64,000 nucleotides of DNA from Moniliella sp. 'wahieum' (Eukaryota), in assembly GCA_003971905.1 (NCBI GenBank), contig RSEE01000075.1:124001-188000 (forward strand). The letters run 5' to 3'. A model generated the notes under the pieces. The model was not told where the DNA came from, ran no database searches, and saw only the letters and a program-made list of their open reading frames with translations. This document shows, in pieces, positions 61,445-64,000 of the stretch; position 1 is the first letter of the stretch, and the number at the start of each line of letters is the position of its first letter. Made by a program: the position numbers and the translations under genes.

Positions 61445-64000
61445 CTAGTGCGCCGCCAACCAGCGCTCGGCCTTCTGTCCCCAGTCCCACACGAGGAACG
61501 CACTCGTCTTGAGCTGCCCGACATCCATGCTGTGCTCGAGGTGCAGCTGACTCTCCTCGTCCAGCAGGATCAGCGTCGCGCCAGTCGGGGTCAAGGTATT
61601 GTACTTGAGCCGCAGCGAAGCAGCAATCACGCTCTCATAGAGCAACTCCTCCTGCGAGCCCTTCTGGCGCTTCTTGGCAACCCGCGTGACAACGGTGCCG
61701 TCGGCGGCGGGCGAGGGGGAGTGCCAGACCGGACCAGCAATCAGCCGGCACAGCCGGATCTCCCTCGGGTCCCGCGCGTGTTTCCAGTCAATGACAAACG
61801 GCACAAGCAAGCCATCGGGCTGGATCCCACGTGGCATTTCTTCCACCACAGGTTTGCCGTTCTCGTTCAATCGCCAGCCGTAGTTGATCTGTGGCAAGAA
61901 CATTCTCCCGCTGCCCAGGGAATGGCCACAGTGGTAAGGGAACGTGGCCTCCTGCAGCTGGATAAACGCCATCCAGCTCACACGCTCCGACACGAGCATC
62001 TTTTTGTAATCCTTGATGAGCCAAGAGCGTGGAAGCCCTTCATCGGGAACGGGAGCCCTAGCCCGGCTTGGAACACACTGATCAGAAGCGTTTCCGTCGT
62101 CGGGTCGAAAAAGACTTCTTGCACGGCCATCTTTCCCGTATTAATGCCAAAAGAGCTTGCTTGCGGTCGCTATATCTCCCGAGTCAGTTCAGCTCTTGTT
62201 GAAAGAAGAAACAAGAAGGGGGACGTACATAATCTCCTCCCAATACGCGGTCCATGGATCGACCATTGGCATCCATACGCGCAGGGTCGAGGATAAAATG
62301 CGCGGCATCGTCCACATGGCTAGCGTTCTCATCCTTCCACACATCTTTAAACGACCACACGGTCCGTCCCGTTTCGGGTGACAGGGCGATAAGATTGCCC
62401 TGGGAAATGAGGTAGATGTACTGGTCATCCGCAAACAGTTTCCAGTGGAACAATTCAGACCTGCGACAGAGTTAGCGGCCACACCCCAGAAAATGCATCG
62501 TACATACTCCAGTTCTTTCTCCAGGTCCGGACGGACGTGGGGTGGGGCAACGTTCGAGGACCAGGGATGATCCGTCACCACGCCTTTTTTCTCTTCTCCA
62601 GTCTCAACGTTGAAGGTGGACAGGTGGGTGCGGTCCTTTCCAGAGCTAAAGGGAGGGTCAATAGATCAATACGGTTGTTTCGCACGACGCAGATACGAAA
62701 CAGTCGGACATACAGGTGATACACCATCGGGTAACAGACCGCGGTAAATAGCATGATGTTGTCCAACATGCGTTGGTATTGTGGGTGGGTAAGGTCTCTA
62801 GTACACATACACATCGTGCGTACCACCTCCGGCGCGGTCTCTGACTCAAAAGAAACAGTCGACATGTTGAAGGGAATGCGGCGTTTCTCCCCATAGTCCA
62901 CCCAGTCTTGGCAGCACAAGAGGTAAAGTTAGAGCACTGTAGCAGAGCCAAAGGAAAGGCGACCTAACAAGGGGGGGGGGGAACGTACCTTCATCGACCT
63001 CCCACCTCCAAGTCCAAAAAAAGAGCACCATCTTCCCCTCTCGATGGACCCGCAATATGTGCTGGGTGGATGTCCAGGGGCTGGGCTGCGGCAGCGGCGG
63101 CAAAGTAACCGTGGTCAATTCTTGAAACGAGGGGAGCTCCGCCACCTCGATCAAACCATCCTCAAGCGGATTAAACATGCTGGTCGGGGTGTTGAGAAAG
63201 ACGCGGGAAACGTAGTCTTCAGGCAAGCGTGGATCCGAGTTCCAGGGATAGGGACTGATTAAATCAGCCAGATCTGGTTCGAGAGAGACGTTGGGCGCAG
63301 CCGTGCTAAAGGGGGGATCCACCCCTTTGGTCATCCGTTCGCCTGCCAACGTCCATCCGAACTGCCGCTCCAGCAGCTCGGCAGCGACCACGAGGCCCTG
63401 CCATGTCTGGGGCACAGTGGCGAACCCGGCGATGCGCGCGGCATGGGCCAACGTGGTACACGACCTGGGAAAACCAAGAAAACGGATGGCCAGCCGGTGC
63501 CAAACCGACTCGTCCTGCAGCTGGGAATGCAAGGCTGGAGCAACATGTCAATGCCAATGTCAATCGTGGTCCGGGGCCAAGGCCGCGGAAGGAGGAGGGG
63601 ACGTACCCTTGCAGGTCCAGGAAAGCTTGATTAGCTGGCGAGAAGACAGCACGCCGCACGCGCAAATGTCGTGCATCACCTCGGGAGGCAGGGAGAGGAG
63701 GTGCGGGGGCAGGCGGGGGCGGGGTTTGGTGGCCACAGGGGCGGGGGAGGCAGCGGGCGCGCGCGGCGGGCTAGCAGGAGCGGTGATGGAGGGGGCGGGG
63801 GCGCGCTTCGGGATGGCCTGAGAGGCAACGGAGGGGGCGGGGGCGCGCGGCAGACTGGCCGGGGCGGCGACAGAAGCCGCGGGCGCGCGCGGCGGGCTAG
63901 CTGCAGCGGGCACGGAGGGGGAGCGCGCGCGCTTCGGGAAGGCCGGGTGGTCTGGGTGGGCCTCGCGCAGAATGCGGTGGGCGGCAAGAAGAACGCCCGG
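61445..64000 (-). CDS. F-box protein with unrecognised C-terminal region (5' end probably outside the window)
   Basis: LLSLPPEVMHDICACGVLSSRQLIKLSWTCK|ALHSQLQDESVWHRL across intron 63606-63535. Successive minus-strand ORFs continue to the stop at 61445; N-terminal ASPPRAPAAS repeats. Confidence 0.7.

Noticed and set aside
5773..63900. Frameshifts in nearly every gene read as mass pseudogenisation or programmed frameshifting
   Set aside because: They hit core genes (EFB1, COQ1, NOT3) at scattered, often G/C-run sites with motifs intact on both sides, as expected from unpolished long-read indels. Short-read polishing would settle it.

Overview
Eukaryotic, GC-rich fungal DNA, most likely a basidiomycete yeast (inferred from GTACGT/GTGAGT...CTRAC...YAG introns, a CalA-type lipase and Basidiomycota-style orthologues). 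It holds about 17 protein-coding genes: a conserved hypothetical protein, a secreted CalA-like lipase, TSC2/tuberin, phenolic acid decarboxylase, NOT3/5, VTA1, COQ1, an EthA-like Baeyer-Villiger monooxygenase, SER3/33, an unknown gene, BUD4/anillin, PEF1 peflin, a peroxisomal enoyl-CoA isomerase, LRG1 LIM-RhoGAP, a Cdc15/Hof1 F-BAR-SH3 protein, MRC1, EF-1beta and an F-box gene running off the right edge. The best non-coding find is a U18/snR18 box C/D snoRNA in the EF-1beta intron. Almost every gene has 1-nt frameshifts, best explained as unpolished long-read errors, so gene ends are approximate. Hexamer microsatellites are abundant in introns, intergenic DNA and CDS. Bases 1-5600 are lower in GC and I cannot assign them. 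I cannot claim a proven new system. The leads are an altered catalytic helix in TSC2, a run of cytokinesis/polarity genes, a repeat-filled PEF1 intron, shared promoter palindromes and a candidate structured element at 559-702. All identifications are from remembered motifs; no searches were run.
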